Of a stretch of DNA of 64,000 nucleotides, positions 31,001 through 45,049 are shown piece after piece (within the stretch, counting starts at the first letter, position 1; each line of letters begins with the position of its first letter). Origin of the DNA: the human T2T-CHM13v2.0 reference genome, Homo sapiens; the NCBI RefSeq assembly GCF_009914755.1, contig NC_060933.1, one strand, 5' to 3'. The translations under genes and the position numbers were made by a program. Under the pieces are notes generated by a model. The model ran no database searches. It saw only the letters and a list, made by a program, of their open reading frames with translations, and was not told the origin of the DNA.

Positions 31001-32914
31001 ACTCTTATCTAAGCATTCAGTTAACATATGACATTTTTAAGTTTGACCTCTTTTTTATTACATTCATCTGCTTTTTAAGGTAAAATCATAAAAATAATAT
31101 AAAGTACAATAAATCACAAAAATATTATGTGATAATGTGTAACATATGAGCTCTAAGCTTAGAGACTTCATTAAGGTCAGTGAATTTATCATCTTCAGGG
31201 CAGTGCATATTGTTGATGTGAATCCTACATAACTAAAAGATGGGGAAAAAAATCACCAAAAAGTTACTTGAAAAGTCATGTGCAGTATTTCTAAAATTAC
31301 AAATCTCCAGACATGTTCATTTTTATTTGTTTCTTCACTTTTATTTCATTTTGTAGATTCTTCTCCAAAAAAAGTTCACTGGTATACACACTTCTTTTTC
31401 TGCTACATATCTCTACCTCTAATAGCCTTTATTATTACTTTATGTTTCATTTGAGTGGATATTGTTAATTTATCTGACATATATTTCATTTAATTTATTA
31501 TTTACAGATAGACAATGTTAATAAGTGACTAAAGTCAACTTATGGATTACTGCTTTTAGGTTTTTGCATCTCTACTTCAGTCAAATGTGGTAACTATTTT
31601 CTTTTTATCTAGTAACAGGCTATGTGACCTTCTAAAGTTTAATTTCCTTGTCACTACTTGAGTCAGAATGAATATGCAGTCATTTTATTCTCATTTATTT
31701 CTAGACCTTTTCTGGAAACCAACAACTTGAAAAGAGAAAATCATGATTTGTCTGAATAGAAGCCTTTTCTTTAGTGCACAAAGAATGGTTCCTCTCTTCC
31801 CTAAACATATTATGTGATTTGTCTTGTTTGCCAAAATTAAGGCGGCTAAATTCTATGTTTTGGTAGTCTTGTGCTCTGGCTGGAGTACTGTGCCATAAGC
31901 TGTTTTTCACCAGTCCTTGTAGAAAATTTCTTTAAAAATTTTGCAGCTGGTGTTAATGACATCAGTGGCCTCCAGTTTCTAATATTTAGTTTCTAATATT
32001 TATTCTATTTACTTTTTAAACATATAATTGTTAATCTTCTCTGTCTCATGGTGGTGATTGTTTTGCTTTCTCTCCCATGCTTTTGAAATCAACAGTCAAA
32101 GGACGCTAGGTTGGACCCCAGAAGTCTTGAAAAGTGCAGCAGTAGAGCTTTCAGCCACAAAGCACTGGCCTTCTGCAGGGACTAGACCAAGGAGACCATA
32201 AATCACTTATTGAACTTTGGTGCCTGCCCTTAAATCACTCGCTATTAAATTTCTTGGAATCCTATCATTCATATACACACAAAAATACACATACACACAT
32301 ACTCACATATATATATAAATACACACATATTATATATATAGATATATCTTGCTGTTAAGGTAGTTCTGCAAACAACTTGTTATCTGCATTATCTACTTCT
32401 AATCCATCTTAAATCTCTTTGTTTATCTTGTCTACATCCATTACTTGTTACTCGTAAATCCTCTATGTGTTAATTTGGCAATACTTGGATTTGTTCTTGA
32501 TATTTCTGCCCCTACCCCTAATACCCAATAATCATCCCTTCTCTTTATAAAACAAAAAAGGATTAAATTTTCTATGTTTTACTATTATCCATTGCTTATC
32601 TTATTTTACTTTTATCTAAGCACCCTATAAACACTTTTGCAGCTGGGCATTTTTAATTTGATCTTTAAATCTTTCAAATTTTCTACGAGAGGCTTCCATT
32701 GTTCATTGTTAATGAATCCTCACCCTTCTCTTGGAAAGGTGCAGGCTCCCATATCCTCGACCATCTCCACTATATATGCTATTTATTTCTATTCTCACTG
32801 GGATTTACCCATACTCCTTTTACAGCTACCAAATTGCCCACTTTGGGAGTGATTCTTTTCATCTAACATCATAAAATCATCCAAAGGAGCCGTAAAAGTG
32901 GTCTTTATTTGCAC

Positions 32915-33872
32915 TTTTTTAAAATTATACTTTAAGTTCTAGGGTACATGTTCACAGTGTGCAGGTTTGATACATAGGTGTACACGTGCCATGTTGGTTT
33001 GCTGCATCCATCAGATCGTCATTTACGTTAGGTATTTCTCCTAATGCTGTCCCTCCCCCATTCCCCCACCTTCTGACAGGCCCCAGTGTGTGATGTTCTC
33101 TGCCCTGTGTCCAAGTGTTCTCATTGTTCAATTCCCACCTATGCGTGAGAACATGCAGTGTTTGGTTTTCTGTCTTTGTGATAGTTTGCTGAGAATGATG
33201 GCTTCCTGCTTCATCCATGTTCCTGCAAGTGACATGAACTCGTCCTTTTTTATAGCTGCATAGTATTCCATGGTATATATGTGCCACATTTTCTTAATCC
33301 AGTCTATCACTGATGGACATTTGGGTTGGTTCCAAGTCTTTGCTATTGTGAATAGTACCGCGATAAACATACATGTGCATGTGTTTTTATAGTAGCTTGA
33401 CTTATAATCCTTTGGATATATACTCAGTAATGGGATTGCTGGGTTGAATGGTATTTCTAGTTCTAGATCTTTGAGGAATCGCCACACTGTCTTCCACAAT
33501 GGTGGAACTAATTTACACTCCCACCAACAGTGTAAAAGCATTCCTATTTCTCCACATCCTCTCCAGCATTTGTTGTTTCCTGACTTTTTAATGATCGCCA
33601 TTTTAATTGGCATGAGATGGTATCTCATTGTGGTTTTGATTTGCATTTCTCTGATGACCAGTGATGATGAGCATTTTTTCATGTGTCTGTTGGCTGTATA
33701 AATGTCTTCTTTTGAGAAGTGTCTGTTCATATCCTTTACCCACTTTTTGATGGGGTTGTTTGTTTTATTCTTGTAAATTTCTTTGAGTTCTTTGTAGATA
33801 CTGGATATTAGCCCCTTGTCAGATGGGTAGATTGCAAAAAATTTCTTCCATTCTGTAAGTTGCCTGTTTACT
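32915..33872 (-). mobile_element. L1PA (about L1PA6/7) 3' end, 5'-truncated, ~960 bp
   Basis: attatactttaagttctagggtacatg antisense 3'UTR; includes ORF2 C-terminus. Confidence 0.95.
33128..33730 (-). pseudogene. L1 ORF2p C-terminal remnant (Cys-rich region)
   Basis: 200-aa [13 protein letters not shown]...[19 protein letters not shown]...[14 protein letters not shown]...IGGN matches the L1 ORF2p C-terminus. Confidence 0.95.
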
Positions 33873-35414
33873 TTTATTTAATTAGCTGAGGTATGTCTAT
33901 CCTTTTTCGTTAAATACTTAAAACTGTTAATATATACATTTAAATAAGTGGTTTCGTATCTCCATTTCTATATGCCAATTTAAATATTTGGTTTCAAAGA
34001 TAAGTTTTAGTTACAATATTTATTTCTTACATGTTTTCTGTGAATGCTGAAATTCTAATATTATCCTTCATGTTATATGCAAAATGTCACCATCAATTTA
34101 AATGGTTGTATTTTTTACATTCCTTTTTTGCATTTTTTAAGATTCTTATAAATTTCATTTTTCACCCTTTCCAAATACTTATCTATAATCTTATCCATTC
34201 CAATACACTCAAGTGTTTCAGATGTCTTACATATATATTAATATAAATATTATCCTCACGTGGCTCTTGTCAATTGTTGACTGATATGACATCCCCAATC
34301 TTAGTCCTACATCTTGCAATAAATATTTCCCTAATATCTGAAACTAAATTTGATGTGCTAAAATATATCTAACTTCATTTTTCAGAGTGTACCATAGGTA
34401 AAAACCTTTCTTCCTGATGTATTCTTTAAAAGTTTTGATTTCACAATATGTTGCCCAGATATTTGTGTGATTTCAATGATTTCACTGACATTATCATAAC
34501 CTAGTTCCTTCTCTTGTTCCTTTCATAAAAGATTCTGTATTGATCCCATTTCCACTTTTCCTTCTTCATGTGGTGTTTAGAGATCTTTATCCAATTTTTC
34601 CTATTAGTTTTAAAGTTTCCTTTCTCTTTTACTTTCTCAAGCCAAAGCCTTGTTTGCTTTTTCTTTTCTTTCTCTCTTTTCTCCTTTCTTTCATCCTATC
34701 CCTATCACCATCTCTGTAAAACCATATCTTCCTGTATTCTACTCCTAAAGTCACAGGAAATTTCATTGAACTGAGATTACAAACTCAATTTTTGCCTTCT
34801 TTTTTCTCTAATTTAGCATCCCTTTTATAATAACATGGTTATGAGCAATTTGCATATAATGCCCCATTTTCACCTCAAAAGTTATAAAAACAGTCAACTT
34901 CTATTATGTCTAGACAAACATTTTAACATAAAAACAAATTTCTCTTAGTTCCACCAGCCTAATCATTTTCAACTCAATATTTTATATAATATGTGACTAC
35001 TCAGTTAAGTAGTATGCTTTTTTTGTCATTTTATACATTTTTTTATTGTGAATAACTTTTTATTATGACGGTCTATCAATTTGTTATATAAAAGTTTACT
35101 TACTATTCCTCTTAATAGTATCTGTTAATGTTTATTAAATGATGACAACGTACAGGCATTGTTCTATACGCTTCATATTTATTAACTCATTTAATGCTCA
35201 TAACAGATCTATGAGGTAAGTATTAGCATGATCTTCATTTTAAATGTATTGGGCTTCCATCCAATTGGCTTCCCTCCTGTGTTCCCCATGCCTTTGCCTC
35301 CTATATCCCTATTGAACTAATTGTTCAACCTTAAAACTGCAGTGTTATCCTAGACTTTTTCATTTTCAACTGCCCCAATCATCAAAACCTTTCATTTTCA
35401 CCTCTGAGATACCT

Positions 35415-35723
35415 TTTTATTCCTTAAAAGACAGGGTCTCGTTCTGCTTCCTGGGCTGGAGTGCAGTGACACAATCATGGCTCATTACAGTCTCAAACTC
35501 CTGGGCTCAAAGAATCCTCTGGCCACAGCCTCTCAAGCAGCTGGCACTACAAGTGCACACCACCACACCTAGCTATTTATTTATTTATTTATTTATTTAT
35601 TTATTGTAGAGACGGTATCTCACTGTGTGCGCAGGCTGGTCTTGAACTCCCAGGCTCAAGCGATGCTCCCGACTCTGCCTCCCAAAGTGCTGGGATTAAA
35701 GGGATGAGCCAGTGCACCTGAGC
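35415..35723 (-). mobile_element. AluJ (Jo/Jr-like) with linker expanded into (TATT)n
   Basis: agacagggtctc, atcatggctca, ctcctgggctcaa diagnostics; TATT run at ~35574-35605. Confidence 0.9.
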
Positions 35724-36549
35724 TGAAATGTCTCATGATTTCCCATAAGTTTCAATCACCACTATGTCTGTGCCAGCCTAGCTTATCACACATGAAGAGA
35801 GACAGGGCAAGAAGGCATTCCAGGAAAAGGAGACAGCTCTCTAATCTACTCAACCATCACATGTCAGCTCAACGTGTTAGCTCCAAAGTGGAGCTCTCTC
35901 TGACTTCTCTGAACATGTTGAATGGAGCATTTCCCTATGCTCAGATAATTGAGTAGCTACTTATCTTAGAAACACTGCAGTGCCTTTTTTCAGTAAACTC
36001 ATCATTTTCTCAAGGCCTATGTCAAAATACCCATTGAATTGCAGAAGTCTATGAATCCTCCCTTTACACTAGAAGTTGACTTTCTGTTTTTCTAAAGCCA
36101 ATATATACAAGGAAATGGAATTTTATCTCAAAAATTGAAGTGTTATAGTGGCAAGAATAATAACCAACAGCTAAGTCATTTTAAAGTGTACACTTATGAG
36201 CAGCCAAATAGGAGTATTTGCTGCCTAGCCTATAAGTCTCCACACAGCAGCCTGGCAGTGCATATGGTTAAACTGTATACCTCAGCAAAATATTAAATCT
36301 ATTCATGCCTTGGGCAACTGAATCCACCAGGAAGCATTAAAAACAATAAATTTTAAATTGTGAATAAATGAATAAATACACGAATAAATTTTTAAAAAAT
36401 CTGTTGAATGCTTTTAAGTGTGTAAGGCACTCAATAAGTAAATACATTATTTTCTTTATGTAGAATAGATTCCTAAAAGTGAGATATCTTGTCAAGTTAA
36501 ATTTTTTTTTATCTTATCCCTTCAAATCCATAACACTACTCCCGATGAC

Positions 36550-36575
36550 ATATATATATATATATATATATATAT
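36550..36575. repeat. (AT)n microsatellite
   Basis: About 13 AT units. Confidence 0.9.
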
Positions 36576-38030
36576 GTTATTTCTTAAATTTTCTAATGGA
36601 ATACCCCAGATCCTTTTGAGTGTCTCAGATTTCAATCATAACTTTATCTGACCATAAATGAAAAACTTCTGTGAGTAGTTTTAGATTCTGTTTTCCCTTG
36701 GGTGTCTCTCTGGTTTATTACTATCTTTTAAAACCCAATAAGTCTATTCCTGGTACTATGAACTCACAACAGCATCTTTCAGAACCAGGCCATTCCTGGA
36801 TAAAATTTACAGACCATTTAGCCTGTGAAGCAGAAGTATCTCCAAGTTTTTCAAGCAGTTTTTTTTTTTTTTGCCTTCGTATGCAGTCACCAAATGATGC
36901 CAGTCTTTCTGCTGACCTGAAAGCCAACTTGAGATCCCTGACTCCTGATATTTGAATAAACCCAAATATATCCTTTTGATTTATTTTTCCACCTCAATCA
37001 GGAGTCCTACAACATAATGTCTTATTGGGAAACAGCTTGCCCTCATGTAAGAAATTTCAAATTCTATTGTTCTTAATTATTAGCTCTTCTTTTGTCTTCT
37101 TAAGGTTGTTACGGAATAGCCAAATATTTTTTAAAACATTTTTTCTTAACTATTTTTCCACTGGGTTTCTTCCTCCCTTCTTTTATCCATTCCAAATTAT
37201 AAATGTACTACTCTTCTTCCTTTTCCTTTTCTAGCCCTTGTTTCTTTTATTTCTCTTCAGCTTCTTTTCCTTCTACTTATCCTTATCCTAGTTCCCATTT
37301 GCTGTAGATACCTTGAACTTCAAATGGCTCCTATAGCTGAATCCAAGCTCAGTATATCTGAAATGTTCTTCCTCTGGTTGGACTTATAAATTTGTTTCTT
37401 TCACACATTGTGCATTGCTCTTCCCTCTCTTCTTTATCTTTATGCTAGAAATAAGCCCATATCTTGGTGAAGCTGATTCTACTTTATAGTGCTCTACACC
37501 TAACACCCATTTGATCCAGTCCAGTATCCACCACTCATTGCTGATGCTTATCACAGAGCAGTTAAGTACATAAGATCTCTTGTCACAGGGCTGAGGTTCA
37601 AATCCAAGGTCTGCATCTTATTAGTAACGTAAGCTTTGATAAGATCTGTTTTACTATGTTTAAAATTACAATAACGATTCTACTATGAGATCTTAGATCT
37701 GCTCTGTGGTCTGTTCACCTTCTCCTACAAGGCTATCTCAGATCTCAGATAAAATCAGCCTTTGAAGAATTAAAGCAACCATAGCATCTTTTCTAGCATG
37801 AAGGGATAGCTAACTCAACCCAAGAACAACCTCACTAAAGTCACCATTCCTTTGAGCTCAATATACATGATCACAATCCTACAAACAAGTGTCCACTCTC
37901 CTCTAAGAAACTGTTGGAATGAATTCAACCAAAACTCAGATTTGGTCAAGAGTTTATGCTTACTCTGTTTCATTCCAATAGGGTACGTACCTTCTCTGGT
38001 CTGATCCAATTCCTCTTCTCTTTCTTGTTT

Positions 38031-38703
38031 TATTAATTTTCTGTTGCTGTATAAACAATCACAAATCTAGTGACTTAAAACAAAAACACTTATTATCCCA
38101 CAGTCTCTGTGGGACAAAGGTCTGGGCAGTTTTTTTGGATTCTCTGCTCTGGTTCTCACCAGGCTGCAATCGGGATGTCAGCCAGGTTGAGTTCTTATCT
38201 AGAGACTCGCCTAGGGAAAAATCCAAGTTCATTTGGGACATTGACAACATTAATTTCCTTGTCGTTAGATGTATGCCTTAGGGCTTTGGATTCTTTCTGG
38301 CTGGTTGCTGGAGGCTGCCCTCAGGTCCTAGAAGTCACCCACAATTCCCTGTCGTGTGATCCTTTCTGTAGGCAGTTTACAACATGGCTGTCTGCTCCTT
38401 CAAGACCAGCCACTGAATCTCTCATTGCAGTTTGCCGAGGCAGAGTCTTCTTATAGACTGGCTGACTCCTCACCATTTAGATCTTACTTAGAAAAACTGT
38501 TCCTGAATACAGCAGATAGGGAGATCCTCCTATTATTCTAAATTACAGTATATGTAACAATGTAACATAGGCATGGGAGTGACATCCCATCACCTTAACC
38601 ATATTTTATTGTTAGAAGCAAATAACAGTTTCCACTTGCACTTAGGAAGAGGGGATTATATAAGGACATGATTCACTGTGGCTCACCATATGACAATCTG
38701 CCA
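38031..38703 (-). mobile_element. MaLR LTR, MLT1F-like, containing an ~90-bp foreign insertion
   Basis: gtgacttaaaacaa...tctgctctggttctcaccaggctgcaatc...gggagtgacatcccatcacctt..ccatatt.tattgttagaagcaa. Confidence 0.75.
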
Positions 38704-39659
38704 TGCTTGCCTTGCAAGGCATTCTATTACTTTGCCTCTAGCATCTTCTGTGTCATCACCAAACTCTTTTATATCCTCAATCTCCATGTATTGAAAAGAT
38801 TCACATCACTTTGTTATGTTAACTCAAAATTAGAGAACATATTTTGTTCTGGAGCCATCTCAAGTAAAAGGTACCACTTCTAATACCCCATTTGGCTTAG
38901 AGCCTGTGGAAGAAGACAGGGCTCCTCTCTGCTCCCTAGTGCCAGCCCCAGGCCTTTTCTCACCCATTCCTCCTGAAAAAAACCTTGTTTCTCTAAGACT
39001 CACGGTGTCTACCTATACAGCTTCTAGTTCCTATTGTATTCTGACCTTCTCCAATCATCTGAATCATTTTCCTTTATCAGGCTTTCCCTATGCCTGTACA
39101 TCGCTCATGCTGTGACTTCATTTGTGTCTCTAAATCATCTGACACTCTTTCCCCTCTGATCTTATAATCCTTATCTCCAAATATATTTTTCTTCACTCCA
39201 CCACTGCAATGTACTCCTATGCTTTCGCTTTAAATAATATCCATTATTGACTCTATAAGCCCTCCAAACTTTCGTTCCAAGTATCTCATTCTCTGACAAC
39301 CACTCTTGTTTTCCATTTCACTTACTCAAACACAAGACTTTTTTTTTCCTCCAATATTCTCTCTGCTCTTTGCCTATGGCTGGCTCCTCACCATTTAGAT
39401 CTTAGAAAGACTGTTCCTGAATACAGCAGATAGGGAGATTATCCTATTATTCTAAATTAGAGCATATAATTTATTTCCCATATAACATTGATCCCAACTA
39501 TAATAATTTATTTATTTGCTTGTTCATTTACTATAATTTAATAACCTCAGAAGATTTTTAAACCCATGTGGACAGAAATTATGTTTATTAATCTTTTTGC
39601 CAGTATATATCAAATATTGTGGCAAGAACCAAATAAGATTTTTCATATAATGATGATAA

Positions 39660-39870
39660 TAATAGCCAGTGTTTATTGGGTTTTGTAATGTCCCAGACAC
39701 TATTATAAGCACTTTGTACATTACCTCACTTAGTCCTCTCAGTAAGTCTATGAAGTAGATATTATGGTTTCATCTGTTGGAAAGATAAGGAAACTGTCCA
39801 GTGTGACACAGACAGTGAGAGACAGAACCAGCAAGCCTGGCTACAGCTTCTGCTCTTCATCTCTACATTC
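39660..39870 (-). mobile_element. MIR SINE
   Basis: aatagcca.tgtttattg...ccagacactat..taagcacttt.tacatta.ctca.tta.tcctc...agataaggaaactg. Confidence 0.75.
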
Positions 39871-42800
39871 AACTGTTTTCAATGTTAAATAAATTATACT
39901 TTTAGAATTATCCTAATCACAAATAAGTTAGAAAAGTTAAAGTTTGTATACAGTATATGTATGTATATATGTTATATGCATACACATATGGCATATGGAT
40001 ATGAGTATAGATAAACAATATTTCAAAACTATTTCAAAGGTAGTGAATATTTATTTTTATTTTCAAATTATTTATAATATGGATGTACTAATATTTTCTG
40101 GAAGAAGAAACAAAGAACAAGGAGAGAAAATAACATTCCCAAGGTTGGGTAATTTGTTAATAGTAGAAATAGATTTTCAACTTAGAAGTATTTTGCTGTT
40201 ATTTTCTCACTATCAATGAGTCATTATCAATAAAAATTTGTGGGTGGGTACGTATAGATGTGCAAATGTGTACATTCATTGAATTTGAATGAATTATAAT
40301 TTGCTTTTATATTAACTCAATGAATGTTCTGAAGAAGTATTATAAAAAAGGACAAAGAAAGATGATATATTAGCTATATTAAGACATAATTTATTACACT
40401 TTAGTTTAAATAATTTCAACTTTTTTCTTTATCTTTTTAGGAACATACTTTCTTTTATTATTGGGATTTTTTATTTTACACAAACTTTCTTTCCCCAAAA
40501 AAGTTTTGAAGTTATTTATTGCTTTAGCAGATGAATTTATAATTAAAAGCAATGTTGAGTTTAAAGTAAAAACTATCATTGATTTAATAATACACGTTAA
40601 ATGTTAATAGGCTTTAGTATATTAGAATACAATGCAACGTTTTTAAATAATATATTGTATACATTTCACAGTTGCAAAAAAGTTGAAGAAAATTTCAAGC
40701 TACATCATTCAAATCCTGCATTATTTTTCTAGACTTGAATCAACATTTTTGTCTAAACTGTAAGTGCATACTGAAATAGCAGTTTTAAGCTAAAGATGTA
40801 TAGAAAGAAAAAGCAACCAGCGAAGAATTTCAAGTCCTTTCCTTTGAGCATAAATTTAAGAAGAGAACCTACCTTTAATATATGAAGGATTGTTTTAACA
40901 AATTTTTAAGTGTACAGTAAGGTATCATCAACTACAAAACAAAATTGTACAGCAGATCTCTAGAACTTATTCATCTTGTGTTATTGAAGTTTATACTCAA
41001 ACAGCAAATCCCCATTTCCCTCTCCCCAGAGCCCTTAGGAACCACCATTTTACTTTCTGTTTCTGAGTTTAACCATTTTAGATACATGTAATATTTGTCA
41101 TTTTGTGGTGTACTTATTTCACCTGGCATAATGTTTTCAAGGTTCACTCATGTTGTTGCATATGGGATGATTTCCAACTTTTTTACGGTTGGATAATATT
41201 CCACTGTACGTATACACCACATTTTCTTTATCCATTATCTGTCTTCTTTCTTTATGTTTCTCTTTTTATGTGCATTTATATTTAAAGGAAACTTAAAGGA
41301 TTAGTTCATATTTTAAAGTCATACAGGCTTTACTTTTATTTATTATTTTAACTACATTTTAAAATTCAGAATACATTTATATTAAGAAGTGAAAAAGACT
41401 AGATTCAGTATCTCTTTTAGATACAGGCAAAAGTGGCCTCACATTAAAAAGGCCTATGTGTATTTAATTGTCTATCTCTTTGATGGAAGACCCTGCTGTC
41501 AGGATGTGCACCTTGGCCAGAGAGGTGGCCATGGGGACACTGTGTGTTAGCAATATGTTCAAGCTTGTATGTGCAAGCAGAAATGTCCACAGCCAGGTAT
41601 GGGAGGCCACTTGTACTATAGAATGGAGACAGTGGAGAGGTGGGGAGAGAGAAAGAGGCAAACCCAAGTTTCAGTTCATTTTCATTTTTAAGGTGTGTAT
41701 TTTTCAAATGTAGAAATCATTATTTTTAAAAACTTTTACTTTAGTTTGAGGGGTACATGTGCAGATTTGTTATATAGGTAAATTGCATGTTGTAGGGGTC
41801 TGGTGTACAGATTATTTCATCACCAAGGTAATAAGCATAGTACTCAATAGGTAGGTTTTTAATCCTTCCCATCCTCCCACCCTCCTCTCTCAAGTGGGTC
41901 CTGGTGTCTGTTGTTCCCATCTTTGTGTCCATAAGCACTCAATGTTTGGCTCTTACTTATAAGTGAGAAGATGTGGAACTTGGTTTTCTGTTCCTGTGTT
42001 AGTTCACTTTAGATAATGGCCTCCAGCTCCATCCATGTTGCTGCAGAGGACATGATCTCATTCTTTTTTATGTCTGTGTAATATTCTATGGTATACATGT
42101 ACCACATTTTCTTTATCCAGTCTACTGTTGATGGGCATTTAGGTTGAATCCATGTCTTTGCTCTTCTGAATAGTGGTGAGAAGAGCATACGTGTGCATGT
42201 ATGTTTATGGTAGAATGATTTATATTCCTTTGAGTATATACCCTATAATGAGATTGCTGGGGGCATGGTAGTTCCATTTTAAGTTCTTTGAGAACTAGTC
42301 AAACTGCTTTCCACAGTGGCTGAACTAATTTACATTCCCACCAGCAGTGTACAGCCATTTCCTTTTCTCTAAACCTTACCAACATCTGTTATTTTTTTAC
42401 TTTTTAGTAATAGCCATTCTGACTAGTGTGAGATGGTATCTCATCATGGTTTTAATCTGCATTTCTCTTACGCTTAATGATGTTGGGGTTTTCATAATAG
42501 TAATGTAGAAGTCTTCATAATAGTCTCAGAGTTTCTTGTATTTCTGTGAGGTCAGTAGTAATGTCCCCTTGGTCATTTATGATAATGCTTGTTTAGATCT
42601 TCTCTCTTTTTTTCTTTATTAGTCTAGTCTAATAGTGGTCTATCTTATTTATTCTTTCAAAAAACCAATTTCTGAATGTGTTGATCTTTTCTATGGTTTT
42701 TTAAGTCTCAATTTCATGTAATTGAGCCCTTATTTTGGTTATTTTTTGTCTTCTGCTAGCTTTGGGGTTGATTCCCTCTTGTGTTTCTAGTTCTTCAAGG

Positions 42801-45049
42801 TCTGATGTTAGATTGTTAATTTGAGATCTTTCTAACTTTTTGATATGGGCATTTAGCACTATTAACTTTCCTCTTAATGCTGCTATGTCCCAGAAAATCT
42901 AGTATATTGTATCTTTGTTCTCATTAGTTTCAAAGAATTTCTTTATTTCTGCTTTAATTTCATTATTTCCCAGAAGTAATTCAGGAGCAGGTTATTTAAC
43001 TTCCATATAGTTGTATGATTTTGATTGATCTTAGTATTGATTACTATTTTTATTGCATCATAGTTTGAGAGTGTGGTGGTATGATTTCATGTTTTTAATG
43101 TTTTCTGAGAATTGTTTTATGGCTGATTATGTGGTCAATTTTACATTATGTGTCATGTGCAGATGAGAAGAATGTATATTCTGTTGTTTGGGGGTGGAGA
43201 GTTCTGTAGATGTCTGCTAGGTCCAAATGGTCAAGGGTTGAGTTCCAGTCCTGAATATCTTTGTTAGTTTTCTGCCTTGATGACCTGTCTCATAGTGTCA
43301 GTGGGTGTTGAAGTCTCTCACTATTATTGTGGGGTTAGTTTCTTCATAGGCCTCTAAGAACTTATTTTATAAAATTTGGGTGCTCCTGTGTTGGGTGCAT
43401 ATATATTTAGAATGGGTAATCTTCTTGTCGAATTGAACTCTTTATGATTATGGAATGCCCTGCTGTCTTTTTTGATCATTGTTGGTTTAATGTCTGTTTT
43501 GTCTGAAATTAAAATAGCATTCCATTTGCTTGGTAGATTTTTCTCCATCCCTTTACTTTGAGCTTATTGGTGTCATTGCATGTGAGATGGGTCTCTTGAA
43601 GACAGCATACAGTTGGGTCTTGCACCGTCATCCAACCTGCCACTCTGTGCCTTATCATTGGGACATTTAGTCTGTTTATATTCAAGGTATATATTGATAT
43701 GTGCAGATTTGACCCTGTAGTTATGTTGTTAGCTGGTTATTATGTAGATTTGATTGTGTAGTTGCTTTATAGTGTCAATGGTTTATGTAGTTAAGTGTGT
43801 TTGTGGTATGGCTGGCTATAACCTTTCATTTATATATTTAGCACTCCCTTAATGACTTCTTATAAGGCAGGTCTGGTGCTAATCAATCTCTTTAGCATTT
43901 GCTTGTCTGAAAAAGATCTTATTTCTCCTTTGTTTACAAAGCTTGGTTTAGGTGGATATGAAATTTTTGGTTGGAGTTTCTTTCTTTTAAGAATGCTGAA
44001 TATAGGCCCTATCTCTTTTGGCTTGTAGGGTTTCTACTAAAAGGTCCACTGTTAGCTTACTGGGGTTCCCTTTGTAGGTAACCTGCCTCTTCTTTCTAGC
44101 AGCCTTTAATATTTTTAATTTCATTTTTACCTTGGAGAATCTGATGACTGTGTGTCTTAGGGATGGTCATCATGTATAATATCTTGCAGGGATTCACTTA
44201 ATTTCCTGAATTTGAATATTGGCTTCTCTAGTGATGTTAGGGAAATTTTTGTGGATGATATTCTCTAACATATTTTCCAAGTTGCTTACTTTCTCTCCCT
44301 CTTTTTCAAGGATGCCATTGAGTTGTAGATTTGTTTCTTTACATAATACCATATTTCTCTGAGGTTTTGTTTACTTTTTTTTCTTCATTTTTGTCTGAGT
44401 AAATTAATTTGGAGAACTAGTCTTCAAGCTGTGAAATTCTTTCCTCAGCTTGGGCTATTGTGCTTTTAAAGCTTGCCATTGTATTATGAAGTTCTCGTAG
44501 TGTCCTTTTCAGCTCCATTAGATCACTTTGGTTCTTTCTTAAAGTCATTTCATCTTTCAGCTCCTATACTGTTTCATGTATTCCTTAGATTTCTTGAATT
44601 GGGCTTCAACTTTCTCCTGAATCTCAATGATCTTCATTCTTATCCATATTCTGAATTTCACATCTGTCATTTCAGCTATTTCAGTCTGGTTAATAACCAT
44701 TGCTAAGAAACTAGTGCAGTTGTTTGGAGCTGAGAAGACACTCTGACTTTTTCAGTTGCCAGAGTTCTTGCACTGGTTCTTTCTTAACTGTGTGGGCTGA
44801 TGTTCCTTTAATCTCTGAAGTTACCGTTCGTGGATGGGGTTTTTCGCTTTTGTATCCTTTGATGCCCTTTGGTGGTTTGATTGTGAATTAAGGTGGGTTT
44901 GGTCAACTGGCTTTGATTCCGCCCCTTGAGATTAGGAACCTGCTGTACTAGATGACCTGAAGTGTTCCTGGTCCACTAGCTCCAACACCCAGCCAAAACA
45001 CTTTGTTCAGGTGGTAGCAGCAATATCCATGCTCACTCATGTTTGCCAG

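Noticed and set aside
33128-33730. 200-aa ORF as a functional gene
   Set aside because: It is the C-terminus of L1 ORF2p in a 5'-truncated L1PA with no promoter
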